Shown here: one piece after another, positions 1 to 8,947 of the stretch
How positions within the stretch are numbered: the stretch's first letter is position 1
Layout: each line of letters begins with the position of its first letter
Source: Myxococcales bacterium
GTDB lineage: Bacteria > Myxococcota_A > UBA9042 > JABWCM01 > BTVJ01
Assembly: GCA_045863395.1 (NCBI GenBank)
Contig: BTVJ01000015.1
Span: 71,663 to 135,662 of the forward strand
DNA: 64,000 nucleotides
Reading direction: 5' to 3'
Notes under the pieces: generated by a model
What the model saw: only the letters and a program-made list of their open reading frames with translations
Told to the model about the DNA's origin: nothing
Databases searched by the model: none
Translations under genes and position numbers: made by a program

Positions 1-2
1 CT

Positions 3-509
3 GAGCATCCCCCTGCGGCTGTCCCCCTGAGCGACCGCATCGTCCTGCCAGACGCCATCCACGAGTCGGAGGCGAAGCTCCCCGGCCTGGCCCTTGGCAT
101 CGACATCCCCTGGCGCGACACGGGCGACGGCTACGTGACGGGCCTGTACGAAGCGCTCCCACAGCACGCGGGCTGGGACGGGGTCGTCCACGGCGGCGTC
201 ACGGCCTACCTGGTGGACGAGGCCCTCGCCTTCGTAGCCGCGGGACAGCGAGGCATGGTCGGCATGACCGTGCGCCTGGAGCTCCGCTACCTTCGCCCCC
301 TGCTGGTCGGCCAGACCTACGTGGCCCGTGGCCGCGTGACGGACCGTCGGGAGGGCCTCGCGTCGATCATCGAGGTGTCCGTCAGCGACGCGCAGGGCCC
401 CTGCCTGACCGCGGAGGGCGTCTACCGCATGGCGCGCGCCGCCGCGGTGCGACGCCTGATCGCCCTCGCGCGGCGAGCCCCAGGGGACTCCGGCCCGACA
501 CCGGCGTGA
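3..509 (+). CDS. PaaI family hotdog-fold thioesterase (5' end truncated by window edge)
   Basis: Frame open from position 3; HAGWDGVVHGG..LVDE and TVRLELRYLRP motifs. Confidence 0.85.
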   Translation, partial: EHPPAAVPLSDRIVLPDAIHESEAKLPGLALGIDIPWRDTGDGYVTGLYEALPQHAGWDGVVHGGVTAYLVDEALAFVAAGQRGMVGMTVRLELRYLRPLLVGQTYVARGRVTDRREGLASIIEVSVSDAQGPCLTAEGVYRMARAAAVRRLIALARRAPGDSGPTPA

Positions 510-609
510 CCGCAGCGCCACGACGGCTCACCTGGGCGGTTGACAGCGCTTCGCCACCGACACTATGAGTAGCCCTCGGAGCAGCAGTCCCACAGCCCGC
601 GGAGGTCCC

Positions 610-2532
610 ATGAACCCAAGACGCCTGCTCGCGTTCGCACTGGTGGCGGCCCTGGCCAGCCCTGCGGCCGCGGCCCCCAAGAAGCCCGCCAAGGCGGTCA
701 AGGCCGCGCCGGTCTCGACTCTGGACCCCGCGGTGGCCCAGTCCCTCTGGGCGACGCTGGACAAGGCGACCCGCAGCGGCGACATCCTCGCCCGGGGCGA
801 CGCCTTCTACGGCCTGGCGCTCCTGAACCTCGAGGGCAAGGACCCCTCCGAGGTCCTCGTCGACGCCCTGAAGGACCCCCAAGGGAAGGTGCGGCTCGGG
901 GCCGCCAAGGGCCTGCTCGCCATCGGCAACCCCGCGTGGCGCGAGCCCATGATCCGCGCGCTCGGCGACTCCATGGTCAGCCTGGAGGACGAGGTGCTCC
1001 CCGCCCTCGCGCCGCTCCCGCTGGCCGACCAGGCGGGGCTCGTCGTGGAGGCTCTGTCCGGCAAGCTCGTGACGAACAAGATGCGCGTCGCCCAGGGTCT
1101 GATCCGCAAGGGCGGCCCCCTGCTGACCGAGACCGTGCGCCAGGCCGTCGCCAAGGGGGGCGACGCAGCGGCGGTCATCAAGCAGAACATCGCCACCCTT
1201 TCCCCGGAGCAGGCCCTGCTGGTGTTCCCGCTCATTCTTGCCTCGGCCGACCCGGAGCTGAAGGGCATCATCATCGCCAACGTACCGCGGCTACCCGCCG
1301 GCGTGGAGCTGCCCTGGCTCGCCCCGCTGCTGAAGGACCCCGACAAGGAGGTCGCCCGCAAGGCGGCGCTGGTCCTCGGCGCCCAGGGCAACCATGAGGC
1401 GGTCTCCATCCTGCTGCCCATCGCCAACGCAGAGACGGGACCAGCTCAGCTCTCGGCGCTGCGGGCCATCGCGGCGTCGGCCCAGCTCTCGGACCTGCCG
1501 AAGCTCGATGCCTTCCTGGACCCGGTCAACAACGTGCCGTCCACCGTGGTCGCCGAGGTCTTCGGCGCCTACGCCCACGCCGGCGCCCGCACGCAGCTCG
1601 AGCCCCACGTCCGTGCGGCGCTCCGCTCCACGGATGGCCCGCTCCGCGCTGCGGGGGTCCGGTGGCTGGGCTTCATCGACGGGACGGCGGCGCTGCCCCG
1701 CCTCGCGGAGTACCTGACGGACGGCAACGCGGACGTCCGCCGTAACGCGGCGAGCGCCGTCGGCGACCTGAAGACGGCGGAGGGCCTCCCGCTCCTGGAG
1801 CGCGGACTGCGTGAGACGGACGACGCGGCCCGCCTGGCCATCGTGGTGGCGCTCGCCCAGATCCCCGACAACCGCGTGGTGGACGTCGTCCAGTTCCTGG
1901 TGAGCGACTCCAACCGCGACATCAAGCTGGCCGCCGTCGCCACCCTGGAGCGCTTCAAGAGCATCAACGCGACCGACACGCTGCGCGTCGCGATCATGGA
2001 CTCCGACGCGGACGTGCGGAAGGCGGCGCTCAAGGCGATCATCGTGACGGACATGACCCAGGGGCGGGCTGCCTTCAGCCAGGCCCGCGGCTGGCTCCAG
2101 CTGGGGGACCTGACCGCCATGACCCGTCAGCTCGGCAAGGACTTCGCCCCCTACCTGGAGCTGGCGCTGGACGCCGAGACGTCCACGCTGCGCGCCGAGG
2201 CCCTGGACGCCCTCACGCTGCTCGGCCCCGAGGTCGCCGGGGCGCTCCTGGACACGGTCGTCGAGAAGACCCGCTTCCCCGAGCTCAAGCTGGCGGCGCT
2301 GGCGAAGCTCGTACCTCTGCGGGGCGAGGCGGTGGTGAGCAAGCTGGCGGCCATCGCGAGCACCCAGGACTCGCCCACCGAGCTGCGGATCCGCGCGCTC
2401 CAGCTCATCGGCGAGACGGGCTCCAAGGCCGCGAAGGAGACCCTCGACGCCGCCCTGAACGACCCGAGCGAGCAGGCCCGCGTGGCGGCCGCCCTGGCGA
2501 TCATCCAGATCCACCGCGTCCAGCCGAGCTGA
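610..2532 (+). CDS. Exported HEAT/PBS-lyase repeat protein
   Basis: GGAGG RBS before ATG 610; signal peptide MNPRRLLAFALVAALASPAAA; many L.D....VR..AA..L repeats. Confidence 0.85.
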   Translation: MNPRRLLAFALVAALASPAAAAPKKPAKAVKAAPVSTLDPAVAQSLWATLDKATRSGDILARGDAFYGLALLNLEGKDPSEVLVDALKDPQGKVRLGAAKGLLAIGNPAWREPMIRALGDSMVSLEDEVLPALAPLPLADQAGLVVEALSGKLVTNKMRVAQGLIRKGGPLLTETVRQAVAKGGDAAAVIKQNIATLSPEQALLVFPLILASADPELKGIIIANVPRLPAGVELPWLAPLLKDPDKEVARKAALVLGAQGNHEAVSILLPIANAETGPAQLSALRAIAASAQLSDLPKLDAFLDPVNNVPSTVVAEVFGAYAHAGARTQLEPHVRAALRSTDGPLRAAGVRWLGFIDGTAALPRLAEYLTDGNADVRRNAASAVGDLKTAEGLPLLERGLRETDDAARLAIVVALAQIPDNRVVDVVQFLVSDSNRDIKLAAVATLERFKSINATDTLRVAIMDSDADVRKAALKAIIVTDMTQGRAAFSQARGWLQLGDLTAMTRQLGKDFAPYLELALDAETSTLRAEALDALTLLGPEVAGALLDTVVEKTRFPELKLAALAKLVPLRGEAVVSKLAAIASTQDSPTELRIRALQLIGETGSKAAKETLDAALNDPSEQARVAAALAIIQIHRVQPS

Positions 2533-2575
2533 CCCACCCGTAGAGGCGCGGCGCGGAGACCCCGGGTGCGCCCGG

Positions 2576-3361
2576 CTAGTTCCGGGCGCCCCGCAAGGCC
2601 ACGACCGCGTCGTGGTGCAGGTAGCCGGGGCCGCCGGCCGTGATCGCCTCCAGAGCGTCCCGAGCCGAGGGCACGGGGCTCTGACCGAGCGCACGAACCG
2701 CCGCGATGCGGACGGCGGCAGCGTCGTCGCGCTCCGCCAGCGCCCGCAGGAGGTGGACCGCCTCCTCCGTACCAGCCGGCCCCAGGGACCGGGCGAGCTC
2801 CGCGCGCACGGGCTCCGAGGGATCCTCCGCGAGGGGCGCGAGGTCCGCGACGACGTCCCCGTGACCGAGCGAGGCCAGCCCGAGCAGCGCGCGGTAGCGC
2901 ACCGGCGCCTCCGCGTCGCCGCTCGCCGTCCGCAGCAGCTCCACGGCGCGCTCCCCGCCCAGCCGCGCGGAAAACGCGACGGCGCGGGACCGGACCAGCG
3001 CCGCCCGCGTCGGCGCCAGCGCGATGGCGCCGAGCTTCGCCAGCAGGTCGTCCCGCGCCGCCTGGTCCCCCTCGACCCGAGCGAGCAGGCGGTCACCGAG
3101 CTGCTGCTGGAGCCACAGGGCGTCCGCGTCGACGAGCCCCGTGCAGATCCCCCGGTAGCAGGCCCCGCCGCTGCACGACTCCTCCTGTCGGCACGACCGC
3201 AGCTCGCCAACCAGGATGGCGTCCACCGACCCGGTCATCGTCGGTCCTGGCGCGCCGTCGGGCGGCGCGCCCCCCCCGCACGCGGCCACCGTGAGCCCCA
3301 AGACGGTTACAATCAATCGACGGGCGCGAGGCGCGGGCGAGACAGACGACATGGTGCGCAT
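2576..3361 (-). CDS. HEAT-repeat lipoprotein
   Basis: C-terminal part of ORF 2576..4876; lipobox VAAC, small Cys knot, then HEAT repeats (DPSEPVRAELARSLG); start may be 3352. Confidence 0.75.
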   Translation of the reverse strand: MRTMSSVSPAPRARRLIVTVLGLTVAACGGGAPPDGAPGPTMTGSVDAILVGELRSCRQEESCSGGACYRGICTGLVDADALWLQQQLGDRLLARVEGDQAARDDLLAKLGAIALAPTRAALVRSRAVAFSARLGGERAVELLRTASGDAEAPVRYRALLGLASLGHGDVVADLAPLAEDPSEPVRAELARSLGPAGTEEAVHLLRALAERDDAAAVRIAAVRALGQSPVPSARDALEAITAGGPGYLHHDAVVALRGARN

Positions 3362-3610
3362 GAAGCAGCTCCAACGGCTTGAGCAGACACCGCGCGGCCG
3401 CGCCGCGAGCGACGGAGACACATACCCGCACCCGAGGCGCCTCCACAAGGCAGAAATTGTGATCAAGCGAGCCTCCACGACATACGATAGGATACGGGCA
3501 TGGCCCGTGCGGAGTGGGTGCACGGGGCGCGCATCGTCGTGGCGGCGACGAGCAGGCTGGCCAGAGAGGCTCCCCAACGAACCAGGGGGCAGCCAGCCGG
3601 GAGCGATGAG

Positions 3611-4810
3611 ATGCAGTGCTCCTTCCACATCGACCGAGGCTCCACCGAGTTCTGCCTCGGGTGCGAGGCCCCCCTCTGCGAGGGCTGCGCCTACCGCCAT
3701 CGTAACACCACCCTCTGCGTCCACTGCTATGCCCCGCGCCTGCGCCGCGCCGAAAGGGTCCGGCTCATCGCGTGGTCCGCTGGCCTGCTCGCGGTGGTGG
3801 CCGGTGCCTGGGCCTTCTACTCGTCGAGCGCGGAGCAGAACCGCCTCCGCAAGCGGTATGGGGCCTACGCCGAGGAGATCATCCGGCTGCGCCACATCTG
3901 GCAGGATGACCGCTGCAACGTCCCCGCAGGCCAGCAGCTCGCCGACCTCCTGGTCGCGGCCTCCAATGCGCCTGAGGCTCTCCGCGTCGCGCAGACCATG
4001 GCGGACGAGTGCCCGTCCTCCACGGATCCTCTGGTCAAGCTGTTCTTCATCCAGCGCCGTCTCCTCGACCTGGCCGGCGCCACGCGCACGGCGGACCGCC
4101 TGATCGCGCTCGCGCCGTTCAAGCCCGAGGGCTACGCTTTCCGGGCCATCGCGCGCGACGCGGCGGGGGAGTTCCAGGCGGCCGCGCACGACTTCCGTCA
4201 GGCGCTCCGCCTGGCGCCCCGCCTCCTGGACGTCCCGGTCAACCTGGCGAACGTCCTGGAGAAGATGGGGCGGTACTGCGAGGCGGCAGACCCGCTGGAG
4301 CAGGCGCTCGGCTACTACCCGGGCCTCGAGAACCGCTACGAGATCGAGCGCCGCATCGACCGGCTGCGCCAGCAGGGGGCCTGCGAGAGGGCATCGCTGA
4401 AGGACGCGGTGGTGGCCGTCTCCTTCGACCGGCGGGAGGAGGTCATCATCGTCGACGCCCGCGTGAACTCGGCCCACACGGGGCGCTTCATCGTGGACAC
4501 GGGGGCCTCCAGCGTCGTGATCACGCAGGACCTCGCAGAGAAGGTGGGCGTCAGCGACGTACTGCGTTCGAGCCCCGTGTTCGTCCAGACGGCGGGCGGC
4601 GTGGTCAACGCGTTCCCGGCGCGGCTGGAGTCCGTCGACGTGCATGGGGCCACCGTCTCGGATCTTCCCGTGCTGGTCTGCGAGACCATGGGAGACGACG
4701 TGGACGGCCTCCTGGGAATCAACTTCCTGAGCCGCTTCAACGTGTCCATCGATCACGAGCTGGGCCAGCTCACCTTTCAGCCCAAGCAGGCGAGACAGCG
4801 CGGCAACTAG
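3611..4810 (+). CDS. B-box-like Zn finger, TM helix, TPR repeats and retropepsin-like (clan AA) aspartic protease
   Basis: CxxH..CxxC..CxxC..CxxC N-terminus; TPR helices; IVDTGAS catalytic motif and GLLGINFL. Confidence 0.85.
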   Translation: MQCSFHIDRGSTEFCLGCEAPLCEGCAYRHRNTTLCVHCYAPRLRRAERVRLIAWSAGLLAVVAGAWAFYSSSAEQNRLRKRYGAYAEEIIRLRHIWQDDRCNVPAGQQLADLLVAASNAPEALRVAQTMADECPSSTDPLVKLFFIQRRLLDLAGATRTADRLIALAPFKPEGYAFRAIARDAAGEFQAAAHDFRQALRLAPRLLDVPVNLANVLEKMGRYCEAADPLEQALGYYPGLENRYEIERRIDRLRQQGACERASLKDAVVAVSFDRREEVIIVDARVNSAHTGRFIVDTGASSVVITQDLAEKVGVSDVLRSSPVFVQTAGGVVNAFPARLESVDVHGATVSDLPVLVCETMGDDVDGLLGINFLSRFNVSIDHELGQLTFQPKQARQRGN

Positions 4811-4824
4811 CGCTGGTTCAGGGT

Positions 4825-5400
4825 CTACTTCGGGTCCCCACCGACTCCGTCGACGACGAGCAGATCTGCCAAGCACCCCCTCTCGCGCAGAGGGTCACGG
4901 GCGCGGAGCAGTCGACTGCGGAGCAGCGTGCACCCGTCGGTCTCCTCGCCGAGCTGGGCGCAGCGCAGAGCGACCAGCGCGGCGCACGGGGTCATGCGGG
5001 CCGGGACGAGCTCCGACGTCGAGTGGCGACTCATTGCGTCTGCGCACCGGTCGCGGCCCCGGTCGGGGGCGAGGCGGCGTACCCGAGCGCGGAGCTCCAG
5101 GCACTCCTGGGCCCCCTCGGGATACAGGGAGCAGGCGGTCGCCACGAGGTCCTGGCAGGGGTCCGGCCGCTCGGGGGCGGCCGCAGGCGGCGCGCTCGGC
5201 ACGAGCGGCCGCCGGGGCATGCGAACTGCGAGGACGGCCTCGGCGGGTCGCCGGGGCAGCGAACGGACCTCGGGCGCCTGCGGGGGCTTGTCTCCTGCTC
5301 GGGAGCAGGCCCCCTCGGCGCCGAGCGCGAGGGCGAGGAGTACCAGCAGTGGGAGGCGTGGGCGCACAGCGACCCAGGATAGCACGGCGCGGCGGGCCAT
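4825..5400 (-). CDS. Hypothetical exported protein with duplicated Cys-helical motif
   Basis: Hydrophobic N-terminus with EGAC; PCQDLVATAC and PCAALVALRC repeats. Confidence 0.55.
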   Translation of the reverse strand: MARRAVLSWVAVRPRLPLLVLLALALGAEGACSRAGDKPPQAPEVRSLPRRPAEAVLAVRMPRRPLVPSAPPAAAPERPDPCQDLVATACSLYPEGAQECLELRARVRRLAPDRGRDRCADAMSRHSTSELVPARMTPCAALVALRCAQLGEETDGCTLLRSRLLRARDPLRERGCLADLLVVDGVGGDPK

Positions 5401-5475
5401 AGGGCCGCGTGGTTGCGGTTCGACGGTTTCGGCAGCAACGTTGACGGCGAGAGTGTCCGACCTTAGCCTCGGCCC

Positions 5476-7146
5476 ATGAGGACCACTCTCCAGCACGCAT
5501 CGCCGCTGTTGATCGTGCCCGCCGGCGCCGCGCAGGGTGCTCGCAACCGCCGGGCCCGGCCGGCCCGTCCGCTGGCCCCGGGCGCCGTCGTGCTCGGGGT
5601 GGCGATCCTCGTCGAGGTCGCCGCAGGTGTGCTCCACGGCCTCGGGGCGCTCCCCGCGGTGCTGCTCCACGTGGCGCTGCTGGTCGTGGTTGCGGTCGTC
5701 GCGGCGAGGGGCCGCGAGCGCATCGCCGGGTGGCTGGGCGCCCGCGCCGTCACCCCCGTCGAGAACGATCCGGGCGCCCTCGTGGCGCTGGCGGCCTCGA
5801 TGAGCAGCGCGGACGGCGGAGCGCTCCTGGTCCCCACCGAGTCCGGGGACGCGGTGCTCGTCGCCGGCGTCTTTGGAGATCCCGCGGTGGACCGACGCCC
5901 CGTGTCGGCCCGAAAGGGCGCCGTCGGCGCCTGCCTGGCCATCGGCCGCCCCCTGCGCATCGCCCAGGTGCCCGAGCGCGGGGACGCCCTGCCCTACCGC
6001 CGCGCAGGCCACGGGGTGCGCTCGTTGCTGTGCCTCCCGGTGATGACCCCGCGCGGGGTCGGCGTGCTGTGCCTGGAGCGGCGCGCCGGCGAGCCGTTCT
6101 CGGAGCTGGACGCCGCGCGCCTCGACCCGCTGCTCCCCGTCGCGGAGCAGCTCGTGGGACTCCAGGAGGCCGCCCGGTCTCAACATGACCGAGCCGGTCG
6201 GTCGGCCCGCAGCATGGAGGCGCTCCGCAGCATCGCCGAGGCGCGCACCCCCGAGGCCGCCATGGAGCGCCTGCTGGACGCCGCGGCGACCCTGTCCGGC
6301 TGCGAGCACGCGGAGTGGGTGCCCTCGTCCGCGGCCCCCGCCGGGTCCCTTGCCGCCCTGTGCATCGCCGAGAGGGTCGCGCTCCCGGCGGGCGGAGTCA
6401 CGCGCGGCAGCTCGGTCCCCCTGCGGGGCCCGGACGACCCCTGGACCCGGACCCCCGGCACGCCAGCGCGGGCCATCCCCCTGATCGCCGACGCCGGCCG
6501 CGGTGATCCGCCCCCCCTCGGCGCGCTGTGCCTCGCGGGCGGTCCACCGGGCTGCCTCTCGGACGAGACCATCGCGGTGCTGGAGCCCGTCGCAGAGTCC
6601 GCCGCGGCCGCCATGGTGAAGCTGGAGCAGCTCAGGGCCGCGGAGCACGCAGCGACGACCGACCCCCTGACGGGCCTCCCGAACCGCGCGGCCTTCGCTG
6701 CCCACCTGGCCGACCGGGCGGCAGCGTGCCGTGTGCGCGGCACCAGCATGGCCGTCCTGATGCTGGACGTGGACTACTTCAAGAGGGTCAACGACACGTG
6801 GGGCCACCCGGCGGGCGACGCCGTCCTGCGGACCGTGGCCGCGACCCTCCAGGAGGGGGTCCGCCGCGACGACCTGGCGGCCCGGTGGGGCGGCGAGGAG
6901 TTCGCCGTGGTCCTGGCGGGCGTGGACCGGCCCGTGGCAGAGATGCTGGCCGACCGCCTCCGCGCGGCCATCGCCGCCACCGCCATGCCTGTGGCGACGC
7001 CGGACGGCCCCCTCCGGGTGACGGTCTCCGTGGGGGTCTCGACCTACGGCCCGGCCACCAACACCCCAGACACCCTGGTCGCGAGCGCCGACCGCGCCCT
7101 CTACCAGGCGAAGCAGTCCGGACGGGACCGCGTGGTCTGCGCTTGA
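5476..7146 (+). CDS. Membrane GAF-domain diguanylate cyclase
   Basis: Two TM helices, GAF-like region, TDPLTGLPNR, DVDYFKRVND, RxxD I-site and GGEEF. Confidence 0.93.
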   Translation: MRTTLQHASPLLIVPAGAAQGARNRRARPARPLAPGAVVLGVAILVEVAAGVLHGLGALPAVLLHVALLVVVAVVAARGRERIAGWLGARAVTPVENDPGALVALAASMSSADGGALLVPTESGDAVLVAGVFGDPAVDRRPVSARKGAVGACLAIGRPLRIAQVPERGDALPYRRAGHGVRSLLCLPVMTPRGVGVLCLERRAGEPFSELDAARLDPLLPVAEQLVGLQEAARSQHDRAGRSARSMEALRSIAEARTPEAAMERLLDAAATLSGCEHAEWVPSSAAPAGSLAALCIAERVALPAGGVTRGSSVPLRGPDDPWTRTPGTPARAIPLIADAGRGDPPPLGALCLAGGPPGCLSDETIAVLEPVAESAAAAMVKLEQLRAAEHAATTDPLTGLPNRAAFAAHLADRAAACRVRGTSMAVLMLDVDYFKRVNDTWGHPAGDAVLRTVAATLQEGVRRDDLAARWGGEEFAVVLAGVDRPVAEMLADRLRAAIAATAMPVATPDGPLRVTVSVGVSTYGPATNTPDTLVASADRALYQAKQSGRDRVVCA

Positions 7147-7255
7147 GGCGTCAGCCCAGTTGCCAACCGGAGGCGCGCGCGCTAGAGTGCGGCCCCCTGG
7201 CGCCCCAGCGTGCGCTCCCCAGGCGTTGGCCAACGAACAGACGAGGAAGCGGGAG

Positions 7256-7867
7256 ATGACGGAAGAGAAGAACGACGCAACAGAGGCACCGGCTGCCCCG
7301 CCGACCGGGGTCCATGTCCACGGCCCGGAGTGCGATCACGACCACGCGGACTACGACGAGCGCGAGCCCATCGAGGCCCTCCTGAAGGTCGGAGCCCTCT
7401 TCGAGAAGGTCGTCCACGACGTGCAGCCCCGCCGCGTGATCGCAGAGATCCAGCGTGGCGACCGGGCCGCGTTCTTCAGGCATTTCAAGGGCCAGCGGAT
7501 GGAGAAGTTCAGCCGCCGCAAGATGACCGAGATCCTCTCGAAGGAGGTCTTCGGCCGCGAGAACATCTTCATGGCCCAGCTCCTGATGATCCTGTGGAAC
7601 GAGCAGCACCGCGAGCTGTACATCGCGATGCGCGACCACGTCCAGACCATCAACGAGGACGTAGAGGCCATCGAGCGTATCGAGGACGACAAGGCCCGGG
7701 AGTTCATCGCCGATCTGCGGGGCAAGGGCCACACGCGGGATGATATCTACATCTGCGTGCGTCTGAACGACGTGCGGTTCAGTGAGGAGGTCATCCAGGC
7801 GGAGCTCGTCGCCGGAGACGCAGACGCGGTCGACGCGCCGCCCGAGCCGGCGGCCGCTGGGGCCTGA
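7256..7867 (+). CDS. Hypothetical protein with His/Cys-rich N-terminal motif
   Basis: Strong GC3 codon bias; HVHGPECDHDH motif. Confidence 0.75.
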   Translation: MTEEKNDATEAPAAPPTGVHVHGPECDHDHADYDEREPIEALLKVGALFEKVVHDVQPRRVIAEIQRGDRAAFFRHFKGQRMEKFSRRKMTEILSKEVFGRENIFMAQLLMILWNEQHRELYIAMRDHVQTINEDVEAIERIEDDKAREFIADLRGKGHTRDDIYICVRLNDVRFSEEVIQAELVAGDADAVDAPPEPAAAGA

Positions 7868-7913
7868 ATTCCTCGCGGGGTCGCTCGTCGCTGGCCGCCG
7901 GAGGTGCAACCAC

Positions 7914-8852
7914 ATGACTGCGACCAAGCTCCTGGGACCCGCGCGACTCGGACGCGCCTTCGCGACCATGGCAGCCCTGCTCCTGGCCGCTTCCACATCC
8001 GCCGAGGAGGCTCCTGCGGCACCGACCACCTCGGGCGCCTTGCCTGAGGCCGCGGGCGAGCCATCGCCCCCAACCCCGCCGACTCCAATCGAAGAGGTGG
8101 CCCCCACGGCGGCCCCCGTTCCACCGGGCTCGGACCTCCTGGCCGAGTACCCCTTCCGGTCCGGCGAGCGCCTCACCTACGACATCACCGTGCTGGGTGC
8201 GGTGGCCGGCCGCGGGACCCTGTCCGTGGGCAAGCCCCGCACCTGGAACGGCGTGGAGGTCCTGCCGGTCCACGGCATGATGGCGAGCCACGGCTTCTGG
8301 GACAACGTCTACCGCGTGCGCAACCGCATGCTCTCCCTGATGCCCCGGCAGGGCGCCTACCCCCTCCACACCGAGATGTCGCTCGACCAGAACGGCGCCA
8401 GCCGCGACATGAGCCTCGACTTCGACCCGGCCACCGGGCAGCTCCGTGGCGAGCGCAGCGAGAACAAGGGGGAGACGAAGAAGGTGACCGCCAAGGTCCC
8501 CGCCTTCACGCAGGACGCCCTGAGCTGGTTCTACCACCTCCGCTCGCGCACCCTGACCACCGGGTCCGGGTTCTCCTTCAAGGGGTACAGCGGCAAGTTC
8601 GTCTACACGGTCTACTGCCGCATCGGCGAGGTGGAGGAGGTGTGGACCCGGGTCGGGATGCTGCCCGCCTACCGCATCGAGGCCGACATCCGCCGCGACG
8701 GCAACAAGGACTTCAGACGCAACGTCACGTTCTGGATTGGCAATGACGCCGACCACCTGCCCATCAAGATGTCCTTCGACTTCACGGTCGGCCGGGTCGA
8801 GGGCATCCTGACCAGCGCCGTCCTCCCACCGCGCACCACCGCCTCCCGCTGA
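7914..8852 (+). CDS. DUF3108 family exported protein
   Basis: Signal peptide; PFRSGERLTY, QDALSWFYHLR, WIGNDADHLPIK motifs. Confidence 0.8.
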   Translation: MTATKLLGPARLGRAFATMAALLLAASTSAEEAPAAPTTSGALPEAAGEPSPPTPPTPIEEVAPTAAPVPPGSDLLAEYPFRSGERLTYDITVLGAVAGRGTLSVGKPRTWNGVEVLPVHGMMASHGFWDNVYRVRNRMLSLMPRQGAYPLHTEMSLDQNGASRDMSLDFDPATGQLRGERSENKGETKKVTAKVPAFTQDALSWFYHLRSRTLTTGSGFSFKGYSGKFVYTVYCRIGEVEEVWTRVGMLPAYRIEADIRRDGNKDFRRNVTFWIGNDADHLPIKMSFDFTVGRVEGILTSAVLPPRTTASR

Positions 8853-8947
8853 CCGCCGCCCGCCGCCCGACGGCGGGGAATGAGGTGGCGCCACCTGCCG
8901 TTCCCGGGTATCATCGCGCCGCTTCTGCGGCTCCCCGGGAGGTCCCA

